Positions 20,606 through 29,723 of a stretch of DNA of 64,000 nt are shown one piece after another (the first letter of the stretch is position 1; each line of letters starts with the position of its first letter). Source of the stretch: Candidatus Kerfeldbacteria bacterium RIFCSPLOWO2_02_FULL_42_19. Lineage in GTDB: Bacteria; Patescibacteriota; Patescibacteriia; HO2-48-17. The notes under the pieces are model-generated. The model was not told the origin of the DNA, searched no databases, and was given only the letters and a program-made list of their open reading frames with translations. The stretch spans positions 64,325 through 128,324 of the forward strand of contig MHKF01000018.1 in NCBI GenBank assembly GCA_001818315.1, written 5' to 3'. The translations under genes were made by a program, and so were the position numbers.

Positions 20606-21227
20606 GATGAGAATTTCGTTCAAGCGAGAGTTTACTTAAAGATTGAACGTCCTTGGGATTTTGATTTGAGCGGGTGATTGTATATGTTTTCTTTCTTGAG
20701 AAGGAGAGGAGCGTGTTGTTTTACACTTCATTCTTTATTTTTGTATCACATTGCTTGAGTGAGCGATCTTTTGAGTTATTTTTGTAGGTGTCTAACTGTG
20801 TCGCATAAGATATATTGTGCGACACATATTATAAAGAAATGGGCTTAGATTCCCTCTCCCCTTTATTCCTGAAGCTCTGCCCTTATATTCGCTATTTTTT
20901 GAAAAACCATTCGATTTCGTCTTTGTAAAATTTTTGAGCTACTTTTTTTATTTACACTCAATTCATTGCTTCCATACCCCACTTATGGAATGATTCCACG
21001 AAAGCGGGATCAACTTTAAATTTGGTGAGATATTCCGTGAGGCCATGTTCCGCAAATATCTTGGCATTGAATCCCCCATTAAAATATATAGTCCATACTT
21101 TGGTGATTGATACACTTTAATGCCAGACTAAGGAAACGGCTTGGTAGGAAAATTCATGCTATAAAATGGAGTCTGTTTTTGAACATTGTAAAAATGAATT
21201 AGGCAGAAAAGATTGTCGGAGGCAAAA

Positions 21228-21839
21228 ATGAAAATTAAGGACAAACCACATAGCTGGTTCAATGCACAAGAGCTGGAAATTCTCGCAATCTGCAGCGAGA
21301 TCATCCAGTGGACTCATGACAGTTATGATAAAGCTCTTTTTTCAGGCTCCGGGCAGTTGATTGACAGAGCTACGAAATTGTATGACCGTTTTATTCATCT
21401 GAATGAAACCGATGAGATTGTCCAGATAGCAGTGGAAGCAGGAGATCTGCGTAGACAGTGCAGTAAAATCTTTGAGAAGTATCGGTACGATGCCATGTTC
21501 AGGCCAATGGTATTCATCAGGATGTATCCGGAACGCTGGTCAGCAGACGCCATCATAAAAAAATACCAACCGCATCTGAAAATGGGAAATAAGATTGTGC
21601 TGAAAAGAGAGTATCAGTTCGGCGGCTACGGGGATTTTATTGAATTCATCATCGAGATGCCCTTATCACATGAGAACTATTGCGAATGCCTTACGGTCCA
21701 AGAAATATATGAATACTGGGACTATAGTGGCAAAGCGCACCTCGATGGATTCGATAAAGTTTTCGAAAAGCATTTCGACCGTTCTCTAAAAATCTATAAG
21801 CATTTACATGATTATGGTGGTTTGCATAGAACATTGTGA
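21228..21839 (+). CDS. Hypothetical protein, orphan, atypical codon usage
   Basis: GGAGG SD 6 nt upstream of ATG 21228 (track gives TTG 21213); no recognizable motif; own intrinsic terminator; codon usage (CAG, CTG, AGC rich) differs from surrounding genes. Confidence 0.5.
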   Translation: MKIKDKPHSWFNAQELEILAICSEIIQWTHDSYDKALFSGSGQLIDRATKLYDRFIHLNETDEIVQIAVEAGDLRRQCSKIFEKYRYDAMFRPMVFIRMYPERWSADAIIKKYQPHLKMGNKIVLKREYQFGGYGDFIEFIIEMPLSHENYCECLTVQEIYEYWDYSGKAHLDGFDKVFEKHFDRSLKIYKHLHDYGGLHRTL

Positions 21840-21843
21840 TGCT

Positions 21844-21881
21844 AAGAAGACCCTATGCGTTTGAGGGTCTTCTTTTTTGAC
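21844..21881 (+). terminator. Rho-independent terminator of the orphan gene
   Basis: aagaagaccct-atgcgtttg-agggtcttctt 11-bp stem followed by TTTTTT. Confidence 0.6.
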
Positions 21882-21993
21882 AATCCACCCACGCGACGCG
21901 CCCTAGTGCTTGGCATCGTGGTATTCCAAGGCGTAGTTTGACATTACCTCTCAACACGTTCTTGCGATTCTTTTTTCAACAATTATCAATTAT

Positions 21994-24147
21994 TTATGGC
22001 AAAAATGGCACGGGGTTAATGGGTATGCCGTTTTCACGAAGTTCAAAATGTAAGTGCGGGCCAGTACTAAACCGACCTGCCCCTGGAGTTCCTGGGGTTC
22101 CGCCGCTTCGACCGATGATTTCCCCTTTTCGCACAAGCCTTCCTGTTTCGAGTTTTTCATATACCGAGGATTCGATCGCGCTTAGGTGTCCGTACACCGT
22201 TGCATATCCATCGCCGTGCACAAGCATGATATACGTATACCCGGTAGCGCCGCCGTCTTTTGCTATTGCGACATATCCGCTTGCAGCAGCGCTCACCTTT
22301 GTTCCTTGCGGTGTTGCGATATCCATACCCGAATGTTTGAAATACCGCCGGAAAGGATAATCTGCGCAGTCAAATCCACACGTAATCTCTCTACCCGCTA
22401 TTGGCCAGGAAAGTGCGAGCGGACCTCCGAAATCACTGTCGTCTTCCAGGAGCGGATCTTCATCCCCTTCTCCTTCTCCATCTTTTTTCTTTTTCTCCTC
22501 CTCAATTTTTGCTATGCGCTCACGCACTTGTTGTTCGATTGCCCGCATTTCACTGTCGGTACTGAGTTGTTCTTTTCTCACCTCTTCGACAAGCCCTTGG
22601 AATTTTTCTTCATCAAGCGCTGTTTGAGTGAGGATGTCTGCTTTTACTTTCTTTTCCCCTTGCAGTTCTTCATGCCTGATCGTGAGTGAATTTTTCATCT
22701 GCACAACATCCGATTTTTTTCTTTCAACACTTATTTTTTTTTCTTCGAGTTCGCGTTTTATATTTTTAATATTTTCGAGTGTGTTTTTTGTTTCTTTCTC
22801 CAGTTCTTCTAAATACGTAATTTCTGTAAAAAAGTCAGAGAATGATTCGTGGAGAAGCAGCACTTCAAGATAGGTTGTATCCTCTTTCACATACAACGTA
22901 CGGAGTGTTTCAGCGAGATATTTTTTCTGTAACTGTATTTCCTCAGTTTTTTGAAGAATTTTTTGTTGGAGTTCTTCAATTTCTAGTTCCAGGAGTTCGA
23001 TTTCCTTTTCTTTTATTTCAATTTCTTTCTCGGTTTTTTGAATCGACGTATCAATGACATCGAGTTGACTTTTGAGTGTAAGCTGCTCTTGTTGTTTGAT
23101 TTCGATTGTTTTATTCAGTTGATCAATTTTCTCTTCTATCAATTCTATTTCTTCCACCGTTTCCTCAAGCTTTGCATTCAAGTCTTGCAGCACTTCGTCT
23201 TCTTCGGAAGTATCATCTTCTGTTTGCGCTGGCAAATCTTCCTCACTGGTTTCTTGATTCGTATTTGTTTCGGTTTCATCTTGTGCTTGTATGCTGTGAG
23301 CCGAGAGAGTTTGTTGTGACAAGAACCATACGCTCGCAATAACCCCCGCAAGAAGCATTTTTTTTGTGCTTGTTATTTTGGATTTTTTGGATCGCTGTAA
23401 CTTTTCTTTACAAACGAGGTACGGAAAAATAATCACAGCATTGTAGATACGTTTGAAACGTTTTGGTTCCAGTGAAAATCGCCAGAGCCATTCAATTCCG
23501 ATTTTTCTCATCCAGAGCGGTGCTCGAGGGAATACGCCCGTGAAATAATCAAAAGTCCCCCCTACTCCGATAAATATTGATGCATTTTTCAAAATGTTTC
23601 TTGCGTGATTGATCCAATATTCTTGTTTCGGCGATCCGAGCGCGACGAACACAAGATCTGGTGCATACGTGTTCATCATTTGAAAGAGGTTGTCTTCGGG
23701 AGCTCTGTCGGTTATGTCGGGCGTACGGCTTTCGTAAATTTTAAAATTGAGATTTGGAAATTTTTCTCTGAGTGATTTTGTGAGGGTTTCTTTTGAAGAT
23801 AGACTTACTATCGGGAGCACGATGCCAATTTTTTGTTCAGTGCCCTTCAGTTTTTCCATCAGCGCTAAAACAATATCCGCTCCGATCACCCGTGTGTGAA
23901 TTTTTCCAAACGAAGCGAGAATGAGGCCAGTACCATCCGGGAGTAAGATATCGGCCTTTCGGAGAATCTGATGGAATCGCGCATTTTTGTTCGCGCGAAC
24001 TAAAAATTCTGGACCCGGCGTAAAGACACTTGTTTGAGTCCTTTTTTGCAGACGATCGAGGATATATTTGAGAGCTTCAGCCTGCGTAATATTCGCTATT
24101 GGAATACCAAGAATTTCGATTTTTTGCATGGTTGAAGTATAACACAT
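21994..24147 (-). CDS. Fusion protein: WecB/TagA/CpsF (GT26) glycosyltransferase - TM - coiled coil - M23 (LytM) peptidase
   Basis: aa 7-250 align to WecB/TagA family (ILGIPIANIT...LLPDGTGL...VALGSPKQEYWI...). Internal Met at 23358 starts a signal-peptide/TM-like segment MLLAGVIASVWFLSQQTLSAHS. There follows a ~250-aa E/K-rich coiled coil, then an M23 domain (HSGMDIA..G..V.A...G.V..A......GY...L.H..GY.T.Y.HL......G..GTPG..G.STGPHLHFE). No stop codon between the parts. Confidence 0.7.
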   Translation of the reverse strand: MCYTSTMQKIEILGIPIANITQAEALKYILDRLQKRTQTSVFTPGPEFLVRANKNARFHQILRKADILLPDGTGLILASFGKIHTRVIGADIVLALMEKLKGTEQKIGIVLPIVSLSSKETLTKSLREKFPNLNFKIYESRTPDITDRAPEDNLFQMMNTYAPDLVFVALGSPKQEYWINHARNILKNASIFIGVGGTFDYFTGVFPRAPLWMRKIGIEWLWRFSLEPKRFKRIYNAVIIFPYLVCKEKLQRSKKSKITSTKKMLLAGVIASVWFLSQQTLSAHSIQAQDETETNTNQETSEEDLPAQTEDDTSEEDEVLQDLNAKLEETVEEIELIEEKIDQLNKTIEIKQQEQLTLKSQLDVIDTSIQKTEKEIEIKEKEIELLELEIEELQQKILQKTEEIQLQKKYLAETLRTLYVKEDTTYLEVLLLHESFSDFFTEITYLEELEKETKNTLENIKNIKRELEEKKISVERKKSDVVQMKNSLTIRHEELQGEKKVKADILTQTALDEEKFQGLVEEVRKEQLSTDSEMRAIEQQVRERIAKIEEEKKKKDGEGEGDEDPLLEDDSDFGGPLALSWPIAGREITCGFDCADYPFRRYFKHSGMDIATPQGTKVSAAASGYVAIAKDGGATGYTYIMLVHGDGYATVYGHLSAIESSVYEKLETGRLVRKGEIIGRSGGTPGTPGAGRFSTGPHLHFELRENGIPINPVPFLP

Positions 24148-24199
24148 TTTCTGTTATTCTATAATGAGAGCGCTTGATGACTTTTGTATGCTTATTTGA

Positions 24200-25612
24200 A
24201 TGATTTTTACTCATTACACGAAAATTTTTTTTTGGTTCTTCACTCTGATTTTACTTCTCTTTGTATTTGTGTCAAATGTTTCGAAAGCTGCGAGTCCGCC
24301 AAATTTTATTATTTCCGATGTTGATCTTGTTGATGCTGATGCTTTATCTCTTTCAAGAATCCAACAGTTTCTCCACGAGCGCGGCACACTTGGTACCTAT
24401 ACTACCGAAGTGGATGACATTCAAAAAAGCGCTGCACAAATTATTTTTGACATAGCTCAGGAATATCAAATAAATCCCAAGTATATTATCACCCGTATTC
24501 AAGTGGAGCAGAGCTTGATTACCGATCCGAATCCAACGCAGTATCAATTTGATTGGGCAACAGGGTATGGACGTTGTGATACGTGCACACCTGAACAAGC
24601 GGAAAAGTATAAAGGTTTTGCGCTTCAAGTCCGTTGGTCGGCAAAGCGTGTTCGCGAAAGTTACCTTTTTGATCTTGAAACGAAGGGACATACACTTACC
24701 GGTTGGGGACCCGGTATTACAAAAGAAACTCTAGATGGAGTAAAAGTTACACCTGTGAATAATGCTACTGCGGTGTTGTATACGTATACTCCATGGGCAG
24801 GTGAATGCTTTGGCGGCGCGCCAAATGTTGGTGGCAATTGTTCCTTTCATAGAATTTTTACATCGTGGTTTTCTTTGCAATATCCTGATGGAACTTTGTT
24901 GCAGGGTGAAAATGGCGGTATTTATTTGATTCGTGGAGGAGAGAAACGGCCTTTTCTCAATCGCGCCGCATTTGCGCCATATGACGTTCGGAAAGTTTTA
25001 CCTGTAACCGAAAGTGTTCTCGCTGCTTTTCCCACCGGAAAACCTATCGCCTATCCTCCATACGTACTCTTGAGATCGCCTCACGGTACTGTGTATCTCT
25101 ATAATGAAGGTACGATTCGTGGGATTGAATCTTCCGAGGTATTACGCAATTTAGGTTTTAATCCAGAAGAAATTCTGTCCGTTTCCTGGAATGAGCTTCA
25201 CGATCTTACTGAAGATCGTCCTATCACTATGCAAGATATTTATCCAGCCGGTGCGTTACTCCAATATCAGGATTCTGGCGGGGTTGTGTATATTGATCCT
25301 AGTGGCGTTCGTCATGATATTATGAATCGTGAAATATTGCGTTCGAATTTTCATCGGCCTGTGATTATTCAGAAACCGCGTGAATACATTGATCAATTTA
25401 CCAAAGGGGAAAAATTGGGTTTTCGTGATGGCGAACTTGTGACATATTCGGAGTCACGCGCTGTATATCTGATTTCCAATCGCACGCGAAGACGTTTTGC
25501 TTCTGGTGAAGTTTTTACCTCTCTTCATTTTCGTTGGGATAATATTATTACTACGACGAAAGAAGCCGTTGAACTTCACCCTGAAGGTCCCGTACTAAAA
25601 CTTGATTTCTAA
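24200..25612 (+). CDS. Secreted hypothetical protein with four C-terminal ~50-aa tandem repeats
   Basis: Signal peptide (FFWFFTLILLLFVFVSNVSKAAS); repeats of the pattern G.VYLI..G.R..I.S.EVL.SLGF; divergently transcribed from the GT26-M23 fusion gene. Confidence 0.5.
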   Translation: MIFTHYTKIFFWFFTLILLLFVFVSNVSKAASPPNFIISDVDLVDADALSLSRIQQFLHERGTLGTYTTEVDDIQKSAAQIIFDIAQEYQINPKYIITRIQVEQSLITDPNPTQYQFDWATGYGRCDTCTPEQAEKYKGFALQVRWSAKRVRESYLFDLETKGHTLTGWGPGITKETLDGVKVTPVNNATAVLYTYTPWAGECFGGAPNVGGNCSFHRIFTSWFSLQYPDGTLLQGENGGIYLIRGGEKRPFLNRAAFAPYDVRKVLPVTESVLAAFPTGKPIAYPPYVLLRSPHGTVYLYNEGTIRGIESSEVLRNLGFNPEEILSVSWNELHDLTEDRPITMQDIYPAGALLQYQDSGGVVYIDPSGVRHDIMNREILRSNFHRPVIIQKPREYIDQFTKGEKLGFRDGELVTYSESRAVYLISNRTRRRFASGEVFTSLHFRWDNIITTTKEAVELHPEGPVLKLDF

Positions 25613-25615
25613 ACT

Positions 25616-26410
25616 ATGGCGCTTATTTTTGGGGCAATCACCCCTCACCCACCGCTTCTACTTCCGAGCATAGGTAAGGGCAAAGAGGTCCGACTCACAA
25701 AAACTATACAAGGTTTTCGTGCGCTGGAGGAATATTTTTATACTTCAAAACCGGATACGGTAATTATTATTTCACCGCATGGCCCGATTACTGTTGATAA
25801 TTTTTATATGAATGTCGCTGAGCGTTTTCGCAGTGAATTGCAAGATTTTGGCGATATGAGTACGAATTTGACTTTTTCTGGTGATATAGGTTTCGTGAGT
25901 AAAATTAAGGAAAAATGTGATCAGGACTGTTTTCCGGTTAAACTTCTTTCTCAAGAGGCGCTTGATTACGGCACACTTGTTCCTTTGTTTTTTCTTACGC
26001 AACATACTCCCAATATAAAAATTGTTCCCATCAGTTATTCCTGGTTGGATTATGAATTGCATTATCGTTTTGGCGTGATTCTGCAGCAGGAAATTTTGAA
26101 TAGTAGTAAAAGAATTGCTGTCATTGCCTCTGGCGATCTATCACACCGGCTTACAAAAGAAGCTCCGGCAGGATTTTCTCCACATGCTCAGAAATTGGAT
26201 GAGACGATTATTGAAGCGGTGCAACAAAAAGACAAGGCAACGCTTTTGCATATTGATCCTCTGCTCGTGAAAGAAGGAAATGAGTGTGGTTTGCGTTCTC
26301 TTTTAATTCTCCTCGGTATTTTTAACAGCGTCAATTATCAACCTGTCATCATGAGTTACGAATATCCTTTCGGCATTGGTTATTTAATTGCACGTTTTGA
26401 TGTACAATAA
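25616..26410 (+). CDS. Class III extradiol dioxygenase subunit B-like (LigB/MEMO1 superfamily) protein
   Basis: AITPHPPLL, ISPHGP and VIASGDLSHRL motifs resemble LigB-family metal-binding His positions; assignment by motif recall only. Confidence 0.4.
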   Translation: MALIFGAITPHPPLLLPSIGKGKEVRLTKTIQGFRALEEYFYTSKPDTVIIISPHGPITVDNFYMNVAERFRSELQDFGDMSTNLTFSGDIGFVSKIKEKCDQDCFPVKLLSQEALDYGTLVPLFFLTQHTPNIKIVPISYSWLDYELHYRFGVILQQEILNSSKRIAVIASGDLSHRLTKEAPAGFSPHAQKLDETIIEAVQQKDKATLLHIDPLLVKEGNECGLRSLLILLGIFNSVNYQPVIMSYEYPFGIGYLIARFDVQ

Positions 26411-26412
26411 GT

Positions 26413-28068
26413 ATGATCGCAGAGGTTATTCCGCGGCTGCGATTATTTCGGACATTAGGAACTTTTGAATATCAGATTCCAGGACATTTGTCCGTAGCAT
26501 CCGGTGATCTTGTGCTCATACCATGGAGAACAAAAGTTTTGCTCGGCGCTGTCTTGCGAGTGACTTCACGTTCTCGCGTTCCACAAAAAAAACTTCGTCC
26601 CATACTCCGTGTTATTGTGACGCAAGCATTTTGCCCAGCATATCTCGATGCGCTCCTTTGGTTTTCAAAGTATTATTTTATTTCCCCCGCTTCTGCTTTG
26701 CATACCTGGTTACCGGAGATTCCACAGAAGCGAGTACCTTATGCATTGACAAAGTTTTCTCATACAGTTATTCGTCCAGAGGAACCGCTCGGACACTCTC
26801 TTTCGAACAGTGTGTTTCAAAAATACACCTCTCAAATTATCACGCGAATTTTTCATGCAAAATCGACGACACTCGTTTGTTCTCGATTTGAAGAGAAAGT
26901 ATATTTTTATCATGAACTTCTTCTGCGTCGTTGTCAGGGTACAGTAGTCATCATCACTCCTACTGTGTTTGATGTCGAGAAGCTTTGTAAAGCTTTAGCA
27001 CCTTGGCATCCCCTCCCCTTTCATTCTCAAATTTCACGTAAAAAACTTTGGGAACATTTTTGGTTGAGTCACAAGGATCCGCAGACGAGAGTTGTTATTG
27101 GTACGAAGAAAGCTATTTTTTCTTTGCCAGAAAAATTTTCGTTGTTAATTATTGATCAAGAAGAGAGCCCGCATCACAAGCAATATGATCAGAATCCACG
27201 TTATACTGTGCATGATCTCGCCTTTTATTTTGTTCGAAAAGCTCTCTCGCACGTTGTTTTTGTGAGTCATGCGCCACGAGCAACAACGGCATTTCATACA
27301 GAGCTTTTGTCGATTACCCCAGTGCGTGCGCGAGATCTCCTCCAGATTATTGATATGAATTTATTTCCTCGCCATGCTGCTTTTACACTTTTCTCTGACA
27401 TGCTTGCTCAATTTATTTCCTCGCATTCACCAGCTTTTATTTTTCACAATCGTACGGGTTTTGCGCGTTATCTGGTCTGCCATGTCTGCAATAGAGTTTA
27501 TACGTTTAGCAGTGTTACACGATGCCAACAATGTGGCAGCACTCATCTGACCTCCGCTGGTTTTGGTACGCAAAAAATTTTTCAGGATATTCAGCATCTA
27601 CTCCCTCCAAAACATATTTATATTTTCGATCGATTTCACCGACACGATCCACCAAACAACACCAATGTCATCGGAACGGAATTCGCTTTTGATAAGCTAG
27701 ATTTTGAACGCTTTCAGAGTTTTGTTGTGCTTGGTATTGATCGCCAGCTCGCATTACCAAGTTGGCGGGCTCACGAACGTGTGTTTCAATTACTTTCGTT
27801 CTTCGCAACATTCGGGCATCCGATATTTATCCCTACATTTGCTCCGAAACATTTTGTCTTACAGTCGCTCCTTTCAAATACTTTGCAGAAATTCTATGAA
27901 CATGAACTTCGCTTGCGCCAGAATTTTTCCTACCCACCGTTTGTCAAGCTTATAAAAGTAATCGATCCTAAATCCAAAGCTATTTCTCTTTTAAAGAATC
28001 CTCCTCGCACATGGCAACCGCCTACGAATGCTCTTGTCGATGTTGACCCAGATCTTTTTTTACAGTAG
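26413..28068 (+). CDS. priA: Primosomal protein N' (PriA)-like, Walker A and DEEH motifs degenerate
   Basis: N-terminal 3'-DNA-binding-like segment (ASGDLVLIPWRTKVLLGAV), DEEH position reads IDQEES, CxxC...CxxC zinc-ribbon (CHVCNRVY...CQQCGS) at the expected position. No GxxGSGKT where the Walker A is expected. Confidence 0.6.
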   Translation: MIAEVIPRLRLFRTLGTFEYQIPGHLSVASGDLVLIPWRTKVLLGAVLRVTSRSRVPQKKLRPILRVIVTQAFCPAYLDALLWFSKYYFISPASALHTWLPEIPQKRVPYALTKFSHTVIRPEEPLGHSLSNSVFQKYTSQIITRIFHAKSTTLVCSRFEEKVYFYHELLLRRCQGTVVIITPTVFDVEKLCKALAPWHPLPFHSQISRKKLWEHFWLSHKDPQTRVVIGTKKAIFSLPEKFSLLIIDQEESPHHKQYDQNPRYTVHDLAFYFVRKALSHVVFVSHAPRATTAFHTELLSITPVRARDLLQIIDMNLFPRHAAFTLFSDMLAQFISSHSPAFIFHNRTGFARYLVCHVCNRVYTFSSVTRCQQCGSTHLTSAGFGTQKIFQDIQHLLPPKHIYIFDRFHRHDPPNNTNVIGTEFAFDKLDFERFQSFVVLGIDRQLALPSWRAHERVFQLLSFFATFGHPIFIPTFAPKHFVLQSLLSNTLQKFYEHELRLRQNFSYPPFVKLIKVIDPKSKAISLLKNPPRTWQPPTNALVDVDPDLFLQ

Positions 28069-28078
28069 ATTAGATCGT

Positions 28079-28609
28079 ATGGCAATCTTACCTGTTTTAA
28101 TTCATCCTCATCCAGCATTGCGTGTTTGTGCGCAAACAGTGGATAGTGCACAACTTCATTCCCTAAACATGAGGAGGTTGATTGATGACATGATTGAAAC
28201 AATGCGCGTCAAGGATGGCGTTGGTATTGCTGCCACGCAGGTTGGAAAACCCTATCAAATTTTTATCGTTTCCGAAATTCCAAAAAAAGTGCAAGTATTC
28301 ATAAACCCCGAACTTTCTGTATTTTCCAAAAAGCAAACATATCTGGAAGAGGGTTGTCTTTCCTTACCAGGAATTCTTGGGTGGGTTGCTCGACCAGCAA
28401 AAGTTCGTTTGAAGGCACTCGATCTTTCGGGTCAGCCGGTTGAAATTAAAGCGACAGGATTAATGGCGAAGATTGTTCAGCATGAATACGATCATTTACA
28501 GGGTATTCTTTTTATAGATAAAACCGAGCGTCTGACGCAGGGTAATCTTGTAGCATTGGAGCGTGGCGAAGCATTGGTTGCTTCTGTCCACAAAAAACAA
28601 ATGTGGTAA
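28079..28609 (+). CDS. def: Peptide deformylase
   Basis: GVGIAATQVG, EGCLSLPG, QHEYDHLQG - the three canonical Def motifs. Track start 28028 overlaps priA; ATG 28079 (MAILPV) is more likely. Confidence 0.9.
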   Translation: MAILPVLIHPHPALRVCAQTVDSAQLHSLNMRRLIDDMIETMRVKDGVGIAATQVGKPYQIFIVSEIPKKVQVFINPELSVFSKKQTYLEEGCLSLPGILGWVARPAKVRLKALDLSGQPVEIKATGLMAKIVQHEYDHLQGILFIDKTERLTQGNLVALERGEALVASVHKKQMW

Positions 28610-29529
28610 ATGTAAGTCCTATGTTTTCTGTCCTGTTTTTTGGAACTTCTGAATTCGCGGTGCCTGTACTTGATGCTTTGAAATTTTTCGGTTTTCAGAT
28701 CGCTCTCGTTATTACTCCGCCGGATAAAGCGAAAGGACGTGGTCGTCACATTGTTTTTTCGCCTGTGAAGAGTTATGCAGTCCAGCACAGCCTCAATAGT
28801 TTCCAGCCGAGAAAACTTTCTGCTCCGGATTGTGTTCGGTATCTTACTCAATATCATTTTGATATCGGTATTGTTGCATCGTATGGGAAAATTATTCCAG
28901 CTTCAATCCTTCATGTGCCGACTCATGGTATGATCAATATTCATCCCTCATTGTTGCCAGCGCTTCGTGGGCCTGCTCCTATACAATATGCGTTGCTTTT
29001 TGGACTCACAGTAACCGGTGTGACATTTATGCTTATGGATGAGGGTATGGATACTGGGCCTGTGCTTTTTCAGCGCACGATGAGGATTCCTGCGCGTGCT
29101 ACTTTTTTTATGCTCTCTGAGCTTCTCTCTCGTGTAGCTGCACGCGATGTTCCATCGGTTGTTACGCGTTACCTTACAGGCGAACTTGTGTCACATGCTC
29201 AAGGACAGAACGGTGTGAGTTATTCAAAAATGCTCAATAAGGAAGCTGGACAGATTCGCTGGGAAAATTCTGCCGAAAAGATTGATTGCATGATTCGCGC
29301 ATTTTTTCCATGGCCCGGTGCTTTTACTTCCTGGAACGGTTTGCATGTAAAGATTATCGCCGCGCATCCTGGTTCCCACGGCAATCTTGTAATACCTTGT
29401 GGTGATCGTACTTCATTAGCGATTGATACTTTACAACCTGCTGGAAAAAAGAGTATGAGTTCTTCGGATTTCGTGCGTGGATATCGTCGTTTTTTGCCGT
29501 CTCATGCAGTTCTTGATCGGCAGAGATAG
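28603..29529 (+). CDS. fmt: Methionyl-tRNA formyltransferase
   Basis: FFGTSEFAVPVL N-terminus, IHPSLLPALRGPAPIQYAL formyltransferase core; def-fmt synteny. Confidence 0.9.
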   Translation: MVNVSPMFSVLFFGTSEFAVPVLDALKFFGFQIALVITPPDKAKGRGRHIVFSPVKSYAVQHSLNSFQPRKLSAPDCVRYLTQYHFDIGIVASYGKIIPASILHVPTHGMINIHPSLLPALRGPAPIQYALLFGLTVTGVTFMLMDEGMDTGPVLFQRTMRIPARATFFMLSELLSRVAARDVPSVVTRYLTGELVSHAQGQNGVSYSKMLNKEAGQIRWENSAEKIDCMIRAFFPWPGAFTSWNGLHVKIIAAHPGSHGNLVIPCGDRTSLAIDTLQPAGKKSMSSSDFVRGYRRFLPSHAVLDRQR

Positions 29530-29555
29530 GAGGCGTGCATTTTGTGTATGGGACT

Positions 29556-29717
29556 GTCACCAAATACTGTTTTTGTCTCATGCACAAAGCAAAAGAGGAG
29601 GAAAACTCTCGCTTTCGGAGCACTAACACTGCACCGTGTGCTGAGAAAGGAGAGTTTTCCTCCTCTTTTGCTATGATCAAAATGTATTTTTCACAGACGA
29701 AAGCGCATTCGGCGACA
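29556..29717. repeat. Family-1 palindromic repeat element, copy 2
   Basis: Inner stem gaggaggaaaactctc/gagagttttcctcctc (G-C to A-T covariation relative to copy 3), loop gctttcggagcactaacactgcaccgtgtgctgagaaag, conserved 3' tail; between convergent fmt and GT2 genes. Confidence 0.8.
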
Positions 29718-29723
29718 AACCCT

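Noticed and set aside
21938-22360. 140-aa plus-strand ORF
   Set aside because: Lies entirely antisense to the well-supported M23 peptidase domain; low-complexity Pro/Ser-rich translation; treated as spurious.
21994-24147. Splitting the 717-aa ORF into two genes (GT26, and a signal-peptide M23 protein starting at Met 23358)
   Set aside because: No stop codon separates them in the sequence as given, so it is annotated as one CDS, while the two-gene alternative is kept open in the findings.
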